The position numbers were made by a program, and so were the translations under genes. This document shows positions 16,613 through 25,785 of a DNA stretch of 64,000 nt, piece after piece. Under the pieces are notes generated by a model that saw only the letters and a list, made by a program, of their open reading frames with translations, ran no database searches and was not told where the DNA came from. Positions within the stretch are counted from its first letter, which is position 1. Each line of letters opens with the position of its first letter. The DNA is from Chitinophaga pinensis. GTDB lineage: Bacteria; Pseudomonadota; Gammaproteobacteria; Burkholderiales; SG8-41. The stretch covers positions 51,123 through 115,122 of the forward strand of contig CALQCM020000004.1 in NCBI GenBank assembly GCA_943329075.2, in the 5' to 3' direction.

Positions 16613-19360
16613 ATGCGCCGAATGTCCGCCCTCTCTGCACTGTCCGACTTCCCCGTTCTCAGCAAGGCCGAGGTTTTCGCGCGCCTTGCCGCGGGCGCGC
16701 AGGCGGCGACCACGATCGTCACGCCGAACCGCCGCCTTGCGCAGGAACTCGCGCGCGCCTTTGATGCGACGCGCATCGCCGCGGGCTTAAGCGCGTGGGA
16801 GGCGGCCGATATCATTCCGCTGAACGCCTATATAGAGCGCTTGTGGGAGGCCGCGACCTATTCCGACCGCACCTTGGCGACGCCGCAGCTGCTCTCCCCC
16901 GCGCAGGAGCAGGCGTTGTGGGAAGAGGTGATTGCGGCGAGCACGTGGAGCGGCGAACTGCTGTCGCCGGCGCGCGCGGCGGTGCAGTGTCAGGATGCCT
17001 GGCGGCTCGCGCATGCCTGGCGCATTGACGGCGCGCTCGAACTGTTTCCCGGCAATGACGATGCGCGTGCGTTCGCCGAGTGGTCGCGCGCTTATATCAA
17101 ACGTGCCAATAACGACATCGACAGCGCGCGGCTGGCCGACGCAGTCAGCGCAATGCTGGGCGACGGGGCATTGCCGAAACCGCAGACCTTGATCGTTTAC
17201 GGCTTTGAAATCGTGCCGCCGCAGGTCCGCGATTTTCTGCGTGCCTGCGCTGCACAGGGTGTCGAGGTCTGCGTTTGCCGCACTGCGCGCAATGCCGGCA
17301 CAGTGACGCGCGTGATGCGTGCTTCGGCCACTGAGGAACTCGAAAGCGCGGCGCGCTGGGCGCGCACGCGGCTCGAACAGGCGCACGCGCGTTTGAGTGC
17401 AAACAACAATGGCGCGCCGGTCGTTTATCCGCGCATCGGCGTGGTGGTGCCCGATCTGCAACAGCGGCGCCGCGCGGTGAACCGCGTGTTCTCGCGCGTG
17501 ATGGCGCCGGCGTGGACGGTGCCGGGCGCGGAGGTCGCGCCGCTGCCGTTCAATCTTTCACTGGGGCTGCCGCTGGCCGACTATCCGCTGGTGCACGCCG
17601 CCCTCGGTGTGCTCATGCTCGCCACCGGTGAAATCGATTTTGCATTGGCGAGCCGCCTCATTCGTTCGCCGTTCATCGCGGGCGCTGACAGCGAGTTCGC
17701 GCGCCGCGCCCGCCTCGATGCGGATTTGCGCCGGCGCCTGCCGGCGCGCGTGACGCTGGCGCGGTTGACTGCGTCCGTCACGCATTGCCCGCTGCTGCGC
17801 GAAGGCATGGAGGCGCTCTACAAAATCGCCGAAGCACAGCCGAAAGGCGCGCGTTCGCCGCACGAATGGGGCCGGCATTTTTCCGCCTTGCTTGAAGCCG
17901 CCGGTTTCCCCGGCGCGCGCGCGCTTGATTCCGCCGAATTCCAGACGCGCACGAAATGGTATGAAATGCTCGCTGAACTGGCGCGGCTCGAACGCGTCAC
18001 TCCGCGCATGTCGGCGGCGCAGGCGCTCAGCAAGTTGCGCAAGCTCTGCACCGACACCTTGTTCCAGCCCGAGGCGATCGACGCGCCGGTGCAGGTGCTC
18101 GGCATACTCGAATCGGACGGCATGGAGTTCGATCATCTGTGGGTGTCCGGCCTCACCGACGATGCGTGGCCGCTCGCCGCGCACCCCAATCCCTTCATTA
18201 CCGTCGCGTTGCAAAAGAAGTCCGGCATACCTGAAGCCTCGGCGGAAACCGCGCTGGCGCTTGATCGCCGTATTACCGACGGCTGGAAACAGGCCGCTGA
18301 TGAAGTGGTGTTTTCGCATGCATTACGCGAGCAGGATCGCGAACTCACGCCCAGTGCATTGATCGCGGACGTTCCCGCCGGCGATGTCGATCCCGCCGCG
18401 TTTCCGCGTTACCGTGACGTGCTGCACGCCGCGCGCGTGCTCGAAGAAATTCCGGACGGTGCCGCCCCCGCTTATGCAAAATCAGTGGTCAGCGGCGGCA
18501 CGCGCGTGCTGGCCGATCAGGCGGCCTGCCCATTCCGTGCCTACGCGCATCACCGGTTGCGCGCCAATGGTCTTGAAATACCGGCCGACGGCCTCGATGC
18601 GCGTGATCGCGGCAATCTGCTGCATGCGCTGATGGCCGAGTTGTGGGGTGCCTTGCAATCGAAAACACGGCTCGATGCAACCACGCCAACCGAGCTCGCC
18701 GGCATGATTGATCACGCCGCGGAAGCCGCGGTGGCAAAAGTGCGCAACGACCGGCCCGGTGTCCTCGACGGCCGTCTCGCCGATCTCGAACGCGTGCGTC
18801 TCGCCAAACTCGCGCGCGAATGGCTGGAGGTCGAGCGCGCGCGCGGCGACTTTGAAGTGGTGGCGCGTGAAGAACGCCGCACGCTGCACGCCGCCGGTCT
18901 TGAAATGCACGGCCGCATCGACCGCATGGACAAACTCGATGACGGCAGCCACGTGCTGATCGATTACAAAACCGGCCGTGCGACGTCGAAAGATTGGCTC
19001 GAAGAGCGGCCCGATGATCCGCAGATGCCGCTCTACGCGCTGGGGGCTGCTGAAAAAATCGCCGGCATTGCCTACGCGCGCGTGAAGACCGGCGCTATGA
19101 AATTCATCGGCATCGCGCGCGACGGCGAGGTGCTGCCTAAGGTCAAGGCCTTCGATTCGTGGCCGGGCTGGCCGGAGTTGTGGCAGAAGAATATCGACGC
19201 GCTTGGCAGGGAGTTTGCGACGGGGGTGGCCGACGTCGATCCGAAGCGCGGGCTGAAGACCTGCAAGTACTGCGATCTGCGCCCGCTGTGCCGCGTGCAC
19301 GAACGTCTCGCTGCGATCGAGGATGAAGACGGCGAGTTCGAAGGAGGGGACGCGGAATGA
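16613..19360 (+). CDS. addB: AddB-like PD-(D/E)XK nuclease subunit of helicase-nuclease complex
   Basis: About 915 aa. The start is uncertain (GTG 16571, ATG 16613 or ATG 16622). The C-terminal nuclease has LIDYKTG, and Cys residues CPFRAY...CKYCDLRPLC fit the AddB Fe-S cluster. The stop overlaps the addA-like start (ATGA). Confidence 0.75.
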   Translation: MRRMSALSALSDFPVLSKAEVFARLAAGAQAATTIVTPNRRLAQELARAFDATRIAAGLSAWEAADIIPLNAYIERLWEAATYSDRTLATPQLLSPAQEQALWEEVIAASTWSGELLSPARAAVQCQDAWRLAHAWRIDGALELFPGNDDARAFAEWSRAYIKRANNDIDSARLADAVSAMLGDGALPKPQTLIVYGFEIVPPQVRDFLRACAAQGVEVCVCRTARNAGTVTRVMRASATEELESAARWARTRLEQAHARLSANNNGAPVVYPRIGVVVPDLQQRRRAVNRVFSRVMAPAWTVPGAEVAPLPFNLSLGLPLADYPLVHAALGVLMLATGEIDFALASRLIRSPFIAGADSEFARRARLDADLRRRLPARVTLARLTASVTHCPLLREGMEALYKIAEAQPKGARSPHEWGRHFSALLEAAGFPGARALDSAEFQTRTKWYEMLAELARLERVTPRMSAAQALSKLRKLCTDTLFQPEAIDAPVQVLGILESDGMEFDHLWVSGLTDDAWPLAAHPNPFITVALQKKSGIPEASAETALALDRRITDGWKQAADEVVFSHALREQDRELTPSALIADVPAGDVDPAAFPRYRDVLHAARVLEEIPDGAAPAYAKSVVSGGTRVLADQAACPFRAYAHHRLRANGLEIPADGLDARDRGNLLHALMAELWGALQSKTRLDATTPTELAGMIDHAAEAAVAKVRNDRPGVLDGRLADLERVRLAKLAREWLEVERARGDFEVVAREERRTLHAAGLEMHGRIDRMDKLDDGSHVLIDYKTGRATSKDWLEERPDDPQMPLYALGAAEKIAGIAYARVKTGAMKFIGIARDGEVLPKVKAFDSWPGWPELWQKNIDALGREFATGVADVDPKRGLKTCKYCDLRPLCRVHERLAAIEDEDGEFEGGDAE

Positions 19361-22300
19361 GCGTTACCTCCAAACAAGCTGAAATCGCCGATGCGCAAGA
19401 CCGCGAGGCCGCGCTCGATCCGCACCGCTCCTTCATCGTGCAGGCGCCGGCGGGTTCGGGCAAAACCGAACTGCTGGTGCGGCGTTATATCGAGTTGCTG
19501 CGCGTGGTCGAGCGGCCCGAGGAAATTCTCGCCATCACCTTCACGCGCAAGGCGGCGGCGGAAATGAAGCACCGCATCCTGAAGGCGCTCGTCGAATCAC
19601 CGGTGCCCGGCATGCCGGCGGCAGACATCTCATCGCGCATGCGCGTGCAGACCATAGACGCGCTGTGCGCCGCGCTGACGCGGCAGATGCCGGTGCTGGC
19701 CAAATTCGGCGCGCAACCCGAGACCGCCGAAAAACCCGCGGGCCTTTACGAAGAGGCGGCGCGCCGCGCTTTTGCGCTGGAGCCGCGCAATGCGCCGGCC
19801 GAAACCCTGCTCGCGCATCTTGATAACTATGTCGCCGCCGCCGTCGAACTGGTGGCGAGCATGCTGGGGCGGCGCGATCAATGGCTGCACAAAACCGGGC
19901 AGGTGCGCGAACGCGCCGAACTCGAAGCCGCGTTTGCCGCCGAGCGTGAACGCCTGACGGCAGCGGCGCGCGAGTTTTTGCCCGACGCGAGTGCAGAACT
20001 TGCCGATGAGTTGCTGACCAAGAAGGGCACCTGGCGCAAGAAAAACAAACGTGCACAAGCGCTCGAAGCGGAAGACCGCGACGGCAGTGTGCTCGCGGCG
20101 CTGGCTTCACTGATGACTTTGCCGCCGGCGCGTTACACCGATGCGCAGTGGACGGTGTTGAGCGCGATGCTCGCGCTGCTGCGTGTCGCTGCCGCCCAGC
20201 TCAAGGTGGTGTTCGCTGAACGCGGCCAGGCCGACTTCACCGAAATCGCGCAGGGCGCGGTGCGCGCGTTGGGTGAACCCGATGCGCCGACCGATCTCCT
20301 GCTCTCGCTCGACGTGCGCATCAAACATATATTGATCGACGAATTCCAGGACACCTCGATCAGCCAGCGTGAACTGCTCGCACGGCTCACCGCCGGCTGG
20401 CAGGACGGCGACGGCCGTACGTTGTTTGCAGTCGGCGACCCGATGCAATCGATCTACCGCTTCCGCGAGGCCGAGGTTGGTTTGTTTTTGAACGCGCGTT
20501 ACGAAGGCCTAGGCGAGGTGCGGCTGGATTTTCTGCGTCTGAAGACGAATTTCCGTTCGCAAAGCGGCATTGTCGATTGGGTCAACGCAAGCTTCCCGAC
20601 CGTGTTGCCGCCACGCGAAGACGCCTCCGCCGGCGCGGTGCCGTATTCGGCCTCGGTTGCGCATCATCCCGCTGAGGCGGGCGCAGCGGTGGGCTGGCAT
20701 CTGTTCGACGAACGCGAAGACGAAGCCGCGCGTCTTGTCGAAATCGTGCGTGCCGCGCGTAATGCCAATGCCACCGCCTCGATCGCCGTGCTGGTGCGCA
20801 ATCGCGGCCACCTCGATCACATCGTGCCCGCATTGCAGGAGGCCGGCATCCGTTTTCGCGCCGTCGAGATCGAACACCTCGGCGAGAAGCAGGTGGTGCA
20901 GGACCTGTTCGCGCTGACACGCGCGCTGACGCATCCGGCCGACCGCATTGCGTGGTTGTCGTTGCTGCGCGCGCCGTGGTGTGGCCTCACGCCGGTCGAC
21001 CTTTCGCGGCTAGCCGAGGGTGCCGATGACGTCGTGTGGGACATCATGCGCGACGCAATAATTACGTCGCGCCTCGATGCCGAGGCGCGAGCGCGTGTCG
21101 CGCGGCTGGTCGTCGTGCTCGAACCCGCGCTGACCAACCGTTTGCGTTGCAACCTGCGCGATGCGGTCGAAGGCGTCTGGCTCGCACTTGGCGGCCCGGC
21201 GTGTTGCTGCGACACCACCGAACTCGAAGATGCCGCGATGTTCCTCGATGAACTCGAACGCGTCGAAGAAGCCGGCGACATCGCTGACCCCGCGGCCTTT
21301 GAAGAAAGTCTGGAGAAACTCTACGCGCTGCCCGATCTTGAGGCGGGCGACGACGCGGTGCAGATCATGACTGTGCATAAATCGAAGGGCCTCGAATTCG
21401 ACACGGTGATCGTGCCCGGCCTCGACCGCGCGCCGCGCAACAACACCCCGCCGCTGATCCTGTGGAAGCAGTTGCCCGACGCCGGCCTGCTGCTCGCCCC
21501 CATCCACGAATCGGGGGGCGATAAAGATCCCTGTTACGAATACGTGCGCGGCATGGAGCGCGCCGCCGAGGATCTCGAATCCGGCCGCCTGTTATATGTC
21601 GCGGCCACACGTGCCAAGTCGCGCTTGCATCTGCTCGGCTGCATCAAGCGCGATGACGACGGCGCGGCGAAGGCGCCGAACAAACGTTCGCTGCTGCGCT
21701 CGCTGTGGCCGTTTGCCGAAGAACACGTTGGTGCCGCAGTGGCACGCACCGCGCCACCCGTGGTGGCAGCGCCGCGCCCGGACATGCTGTCGCGGTTTGC
21801 CGATAATTTCGAATTGCCCGCGCCGCCGCCCGCTGCAGTTTGGCGCGCTCCCGCCGTCGCCCAGCAGCAGAACGAGATCATCGAGTTTTCGTGGGCTGGT
21901 GAAACCGCGCGTCACGTCGGCTCGGTTGTGCACCGCTGGATGCAACGCATCGCCGACGACGGCCTCGACGGCTGGACGCGCGAACGAGTCAACGCCTTGA
22001 AGCCGCGACTCGTGAGTGAACTTGAACGCCGCGGCGTGCCGCTTGATGAATGCGCGGACGCCGCCGCACGAGCCGTGCGTGCCCTCACGCAAACACTGGC
22101 CGATGATCGCGGTCGCTGGTTGCTCGATAAGCATACTGATGCCAAAAGCGAATACCGCATGCGTGTGGCCGCCAACGGCGCTGTTTACAGCTGCATCATG
22201 GACCGCGTGTTTCGCGACAAGGACGGCACGCGCTGGATCGTCGATTACAAGACCAGCGGGCATGAGGGTGGCAATGTGGATGCCTTCCTCGATCGCGAAC

Positions 22301-22422
22301 GTGTGCGCTACGAGAAACAACTCGCCCGTTATGCGATGGCGTTGGGTGAAGCGTCGACGATGCTGGGTTTGTATTTTCCGTTGCTTTCAGGTTGGCGCGA
22401 GTGGAAAGACACCCAGCAGTAG
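19357..22422 (+). CDS. addA: AddA-like UvrD/Rep-family helicase with C-terminal RecB-type nuclease
   Basis: 1021 aa with Walker A APAGSGKT, helicase motifs (DEFQDTS, TVHKSKGLEF, LLYVAATRAK) and a C-terminal IVDYKTS nuclease motif. Confidence 0.8.
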   Translation: MSVTSKQAEIADAQDREAALDPHRSFIVQAPAGSGKTELLVRRYIELLRVVERPEEILAITFTRKAAAEMKHRILKALVESPVPGMPAADISSRMRVQTIDALCAALTRQMPVLAKFGAQPETAEKPAGLYEEAARRAFALEPRNAPAETLLAHLDNYVAAAVELVASMLGRRDQWLHKTGQVRERAELEAAFAAERERLTAAAREFLPDASAELADELLTKKGTWRKKNKRAQALEAEDRDGSVLAALASLMTLPPARYTDAQWTVLSAMLALLRVAAAQLKVVFAERGQADFTEIAQGAVRALGEPDAPTDLLLSLDVRIKHILIDEFQDTSISQRELLARLTAGWQDGDGRTLFAVGDPMQSIYRFREAEVGLFLNARYEGLGEVRLDFLRLKTNFRSQSGIVDWVNASFPTVLPPREDASAGAVPYSASVAHHPAEAGAAVGWHLFDEREDEAARLVEIVRAARNANATASIAVLVRNRGHLDHIVPALQEAGIRFRAVEIEHLGEKQVVQDLFALTRALTHPADRIAWLSLLRAPWCGLTPVDLSRLAEGADDVVWDIMRDAIITSRLDAEARARVARLVVVLEPALTNRLRCNLRDAVEGVWLALGGPACCCDTTELEDAAMFLDELERVEEAGDIADPAAFEESLEKLYALPDLEAGDDAVQIMTVHKSKGLEFDTVIVPGLDRAPRNNTPPLILWKQLPDAGLLLAPIHESGGDKDPCYEYVRGMERAAEDLESGRLLYVAATRAKSRLHLLGCIKRDDDGAAKAPNKRSLLRSLWPFAEEHVGAAVARTAPPVVAAPRPDMLSRFADNFELPAPPPAAVWRAPAVAQQQNEIIEFSWAGETARHVGSVVHRWMQRIADDGLDGWTRERVNALKPRLVSELERRGVPLDECADAAARAVRALTQTLADDRGRWLLDKHTDAKSEYRMRVAANGAVYSCIMDRVFRDKDGTRWIVDYKTSGHEGGNVDAFLDRERVRYEKQLARYAMALGEASTMLGLYFPLLSGWREWKDTQQ

Positions 22423-22479
22423 ATTTGTGAATAGTATTGTCGGTGATTTATCCTTTACGCTAAATTGACACGGCGTGAT

Positions 22480-22910
22480 AGTTTTCTCCTTCCCCCCTTG
22501 TGGGGGAAGGTAGGGATGGGGGGATTACCGAGTTAGTTTTTGCACGGTGCTTCAACTTCGCCGGGTGCGGCCCGGCGGCCGGTTACTTTTCTTGCTTCGC
22601 CAAGAAAAGTAACCAAAAGAAGGAGCGCCCCGACTCGGTGTCGCGAAGCGCCGGTGCGGGAGGGGCGCTGCAGCTGTGTCCACCGACGTTGATCGGGGCG
22701 CTTTGCAGTTGTTCCCGCAAACGGGCCTTCGGCTAACGGGTCACAACTACCCCCGGTTCGCCGGTCCTGCGGACTTCCCTGTGCTGCTCGACACATCGGG
22801 CGGCTGCGCAACTCGCCCTTGTCAAAAAGCGACAAGGGCTCAGACAGTGCTCGCCGACTTCCCCCGATGTGTCTGCGCTGCTCGGCGGCTCTCAGGGGGA
22901 AGTGGGGCAA
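22480..22910. repeat. intergenic mosaic of nested palindromic (REP-like) elements
   Basis: Hairpins at 22488-22510 (ccttcccccc/gggggaagg), 22581-22614 (perfect 14-bp stem) and 22815-22839 (gcccttgtc/gacaagggc). Inverted pair 22790-22800 / 22863-22873. An inverted copy of the rho-repeat core lies at 22711-22744. Confidence 0.75.
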
Positions 22911-22958
22911 TAGGCTGGACGCATTGGTAATATGCAGAGTCATTTGAAAGACTGAAAC

Positions 22959-24578
22959 ATGAATTCACTCTGGCACTGGATCGACCGCAACATCCTTGAA
23001 CTCGGCCGCGAGATGCGCTGGTCTTATCTGCCGCCGCTGATGGTCTACGTTGCCGCCGGCGTGTCGGGTCTCACCGGCATCGTCGGCACTTTCTTCGTCA
23101 AGGAACAACTCGGTCTGTCCGCCGCATTGCTGGCGTCGCTCGGTTTCTGGGCCGGCATTCCGTGGGCGCTGAAAATGCCGATCGGGCATTTCGTCGATCT
23201 GGTCTGGCGCTGGAAGGGTGCGCTGGTGTTTTTCGGCGCAGGGCTGATCGCGGCGAGCCTGTTGATCATGGTCGGGTTGCTCGGGCATGGCGCGGCGATG
23301 GTGGCGATTCTGCCGGCCGAGACCTGGTTCGTGATTTCGACGCTGCTCTCGCCGGTGGGTTTCGTCATCCAGGACGCAGTGGCCGATGCAATGACCGTCG
23401 AGGCGGTGCCGCTGGTCGGTGACGACGGGCGCGTGATCGACGAAGAAACGCGCAAGCTGATGCACACCACCATGCAGACGCTGGGGCGTGTCGCCATTAT
23501 CGGTGGCAGCGTGATGGTCGCCATGATCAACCTTTACATGTTCGCCGGCGTGCCGGCGCTGCCGGATGCCGAAAAGGCGAAGGTGTACAGCAACGTGTAT
23601 GAAATGTCGCTGGTCATTCCGCTGATCTCGGTCTTGGGCGTGATGAGCGCGGCGTGGCTGCAGCGTCGCGCGCGCCGGCAACTCGTCGCCGGCGGCATGA
23701 ACGCGCAACAAGCGGTCGAGGCATTGGCGCAGCACACCGGTAAAACCAAACCGAACTGGTGGATCCTCGGCGGCGGTTTTCTGTTTGTTGCGTTCACGCT
23801 GTCAGTCGGCCTCAGTGATTTCGAATACGCGCAGGAACTGATATTCGCCGGCTCATTTACCATCATCGTGTTTTTGATCGCGCGGCTCACGCGCGCGCTC
23901 GAGTCGGAGGCGCGTGCCACCCTTATCGGCACGGCGATGGTGATTTTCATGTTCCGCGCCACGCCCTCCGCGGGGCCGGGCGGAACGTGGTGGATGATCG
24001 ACGAACTTAATTTCGACGGCCAGTTTCTGTCGGTGCTGTCGCTGATTTCCAGCGCGCTCACACTGGCCGGCATGTTCCTGTTCCGCCGCTTCATGGCCGA
24101 GCGCTCGATTGCCTACGTGATCGGCTTTCTGACCCTGACCGGTTTCCTGCTGTCGCTGCCCACACTCGGCATGTTCTACGGCTTGCATCACTGGACCGCG
24201 GCGATGACCGGCGGCATCGTCGACGCACGCTTTATTGCGCTGGTCGACACCGCGCTCGAATCACCACTCGGCCAGATCGCCATGATTCCGATGCTGGCGT
24301 GGATCGCGCGCTCGGCGCCGGCCGATCTCAAGGCGACCTACTTCGCCATCATGGCGTCGTTTACCAACCTTGCGCTGTCGCTCTCCCAGCTCGGCACCAA
24401 GTATCTCAACCAGATTTTCGTCGTCGCGCGCGAGATCAAAGATGCGGCGGGGGTGGTGCAGACACCCGCCAACTACGGCGAGCTTGGCGTGTTGTTGATG
24501 GCCAGCATGGTGATCGGCTTGCTGCTGCCGTTCGCGGCGATTCTGTTCGCGCGCTTCAGCAAATTCAAGAGCGTCTGA
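22959..24578 (+). CDS. MFS-type membrane transporter, folate-biopterin transporter (BT1)-like
   Basis: 539 aa with about 12 TM. The N-terminal region (YLPPLMVYVAAGVSGLTGI...KMPIGHFVDL) resembles the BT1 family from memory, so the family call is tentative. Confidence 0.55.
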   Translation: MNSLWHWIDRNILELGREMRWSYLPPLMVYVAAGVSGLTGIVGTFFVKEQLGLSAALLASLGFWAGIPWALKMPIGHFVDLVWRWKGALVFFGAGLIAASLLIMVGLLGHGAAMVAILPAETWFVISTLLSPVGFVIQDAVADAMTVEAVPLVGDDGRVIDEETRKLMHTTMQTLGRVAIIGGSVMVAMINLYMFAGVPALPDAEKAKVYSNVYEMSLVIPLISVLGVMSAAWLQRRARRQLVAGGMNAQQAVEALAQHTGKTKPNWWILGGGFLFVAFTLSVGLSDFEYAQELIFAGSFTIIVFLIARLTRALESEARATLIGTAMVIFMFRATPSAGPGGTWWMIDELNFDGQFLSVLSLISSALTLAGMFLFRRFMAERSIAYVIGFLTLTGFLLSLPTLGMFYGLHHWTAAMTGGIVDARFIALVDTALESPLGQIAMIPMLAWIARSAPADLKATYFAIMASFTNLALSLSQLGTKYLNQIFVVAREIKDAAGVVQTPANYGELGVLLMASMVIGLLLPFAAILFARFSKFKSV

Positions 24579-24581
24579 CGC

Positions 24582-24682
24582 GGCAGTGGTAGGGCGAAAT
24601 AACCAACGGGCATTGCGCCGGATGGATGCGATTTGCCCAACTCGTTCGGCGCAATGCGCTGCGCTTATTGCGCCCTACGACG
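24582..24682. repeat. REP-like palindromic element, family C (gtagggcg...cgccctac)
   Basis: Imperfect inverted arms at 24588-24620 and 24645-24682. It is flanked by direct repeats at 24543-24581 and 24683-24721. A related arm lies at 44191-44223. Confidence 0.8.
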
Positions 24683-24734
24683 CAGTTTGCGAGCTTCAGA
24701 AAATTCAAGAGCGTCTGATGCAGTAAGCCGCTTT

Positions 24735-24903
24735 TGTAGTCCGGAAGGAGCGCAGCGTATTCCGGGATGGCGTTTGTCATATCCGTGTCGCTTGAATTAA
24801 AGCCGAGACCCGCGCGTGAAAGAAGGCATCGCCCTTGAATTTTGCATGCGCGTATTGATTGTCAGCATACCCGGAATACGCTGCGCTCCTTTCGGGCTAC
24901 GGG
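24735..24903. repeat. REP-like family B inverted pair (gtagtccggaaggagcgcagcgtattccggg ... cccggaatacgctgcgctcctttcgggctac)
   Basis: Arms at 24735-24766 and 24870-24903. The same roughly 30-nt arm is seen at 29760-29850, 31767-31850 and 44077-44110. Confidence 0.8.
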
Positions 24904-24912
24904 TTGTCGCAA

Positions 24913-25242
24913 TTACTTCGTTTTATTGGCCGGACAGGACTTCAGTGCTTCGAAAACCGTCGAACACAACGGCTGGCCGGTGAATTGCGCGGCGTTCGAC
25001 GTATCGCAATCGGCAAGAAAGCGCCCGTCGGCGCGCGCGTAAACATAAAGCGAACCGCCGCCGGTGGCATCGCAGTCGAGCATCGCGTAATCGCCGCAAC
25101 TGCGTTCCTCGCAGGAATGCACCAGTTGCACGAAGGCGGGTTGGCGGTTGCCATGCAAGGCGGCGAACGCAATTGCGGCGATGACCGTCAAAGCGGCGAG
25201 AAACGCCAGCACGTTATTCCTCGATAGCAGCGGCATGGGCAC
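24913..25242 (-). CDS. small membrane-anchored Cys-rich hypothetical protein
   Basis: About 107-109 aa (GTG 25242 or ATG 25236) with one N-terminal TM and six Cys. It lies 28 nt downstream of the DUF1772 gene on the same strand. No family recognised. Confidence 0.45.
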   Translation of the reverse strand: MPMPLLSRNNVLAFLAALTVIAAIAFAALHGNRQPAFVQLVHSCEERSCGDYAMLDCDATGGGSLYVYARADGRFLADCDTSNAAQFTGQPLCSTVFEALKSCPANKTK

Positions 25243-25269
25243 AATCAGTCTTGGCTGTCGGGGCGTCGC

Positions 25270-25710
25270 TTACTGCGACAGCAACAGCCAGAGATAGACC
25301 ACCGTGCCGGCAAGGCTAAGCGCGGTGCGAACCGCATGCAACTGTCCCCAGCGCACCAGCAGGGCGCGCGTCTCGTCGCTTGCCAGATCGCGCCCGGGTG
25401 CGAGCAGCCGATGGTTCGTCGGCATGATGACGCCGAAGGTGAACGGCACCACCGCGCCGACCAGCAGGGCGGCAATCAGCCAGCCGCTGCCGCCGCCCAG
25501 CAGCCACACCGCGACGCCGCAGATCAAACTCACGATCGCCAGCGGCGCCTGCAACCACGTCGCGCGTTTGTAACTCGGCGCCCATTGCAGCGCGGCCATT
25601 CGCGTTTCAAGGCCCATGCGCGCCGGATGTTCGACGATGTTGATGTAGAGCGCGGCGCCGGCGAAGAGTGCGGCGGAGAGGGTGGCGAGGAATTGCAGGG
25701 TTGAGATCAA
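25270..25710 (-). CDS. DUF1772 (anthrone-oxygenase-like) membrane protein
   Basis: 146 aa with 4 TM and a TTG start. The LFAGAALYINIVEHPAR...W..SYKRA pattern fits DUF1772. Confidence 0.7.
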   Translation of the reverse strand: MISTLQFLATLSAALFAGAALYINIVEHPARMGLETRMAALQWAPSYKRATWLQAPLAIVSLICGVAVWLLGGGSGWLIAALLVGAVVPFTFGVIMPTNHRLLAPGRDLASDETRALLVRWGQLHAVRTALSLAGTVVYLWLLLSQ

Positions 25711-25742
25711 GTTGACGCCTCAATGTTGTTGTACTTCTTACG

Positions 25743-25762
25743 CGTGGGCAACAAGTTGCCCA
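25743..25762. repeat. short palindrome gtgggcaac-aa-gttgcccac
   Basis: 9-bp inverted repeat. Its flank ...cccaccctac resembles the gtagggtggg arm at 44147. Confidence 0.5.
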
Positions 25763-25785
25763 CCCTACAAAGCTGGGCACCTGAA

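Noticed and set aside
16571-22422. The UvrD-helicase plus PD-(D/E)XK nuclease pair as a novel anti-phage defence system.
   Set aside because: The sizes, the ATGA coupling, the Fe-S cysteine cluster in the first protein and the helicase-plus-RecB-nuclease layout of the second fit housekeeping AddAB. The context (rho, trxA, fdxA) is core genome.
24735-24766. An SRP (4.5S) RNA-like motif CCGGAAGGAGCGCAGC in family B arms.
   Set aside because: The motif occurs in at least five copies in both orientations as part of inverted repeats, and the rest of the SRP RNA helix is absent.
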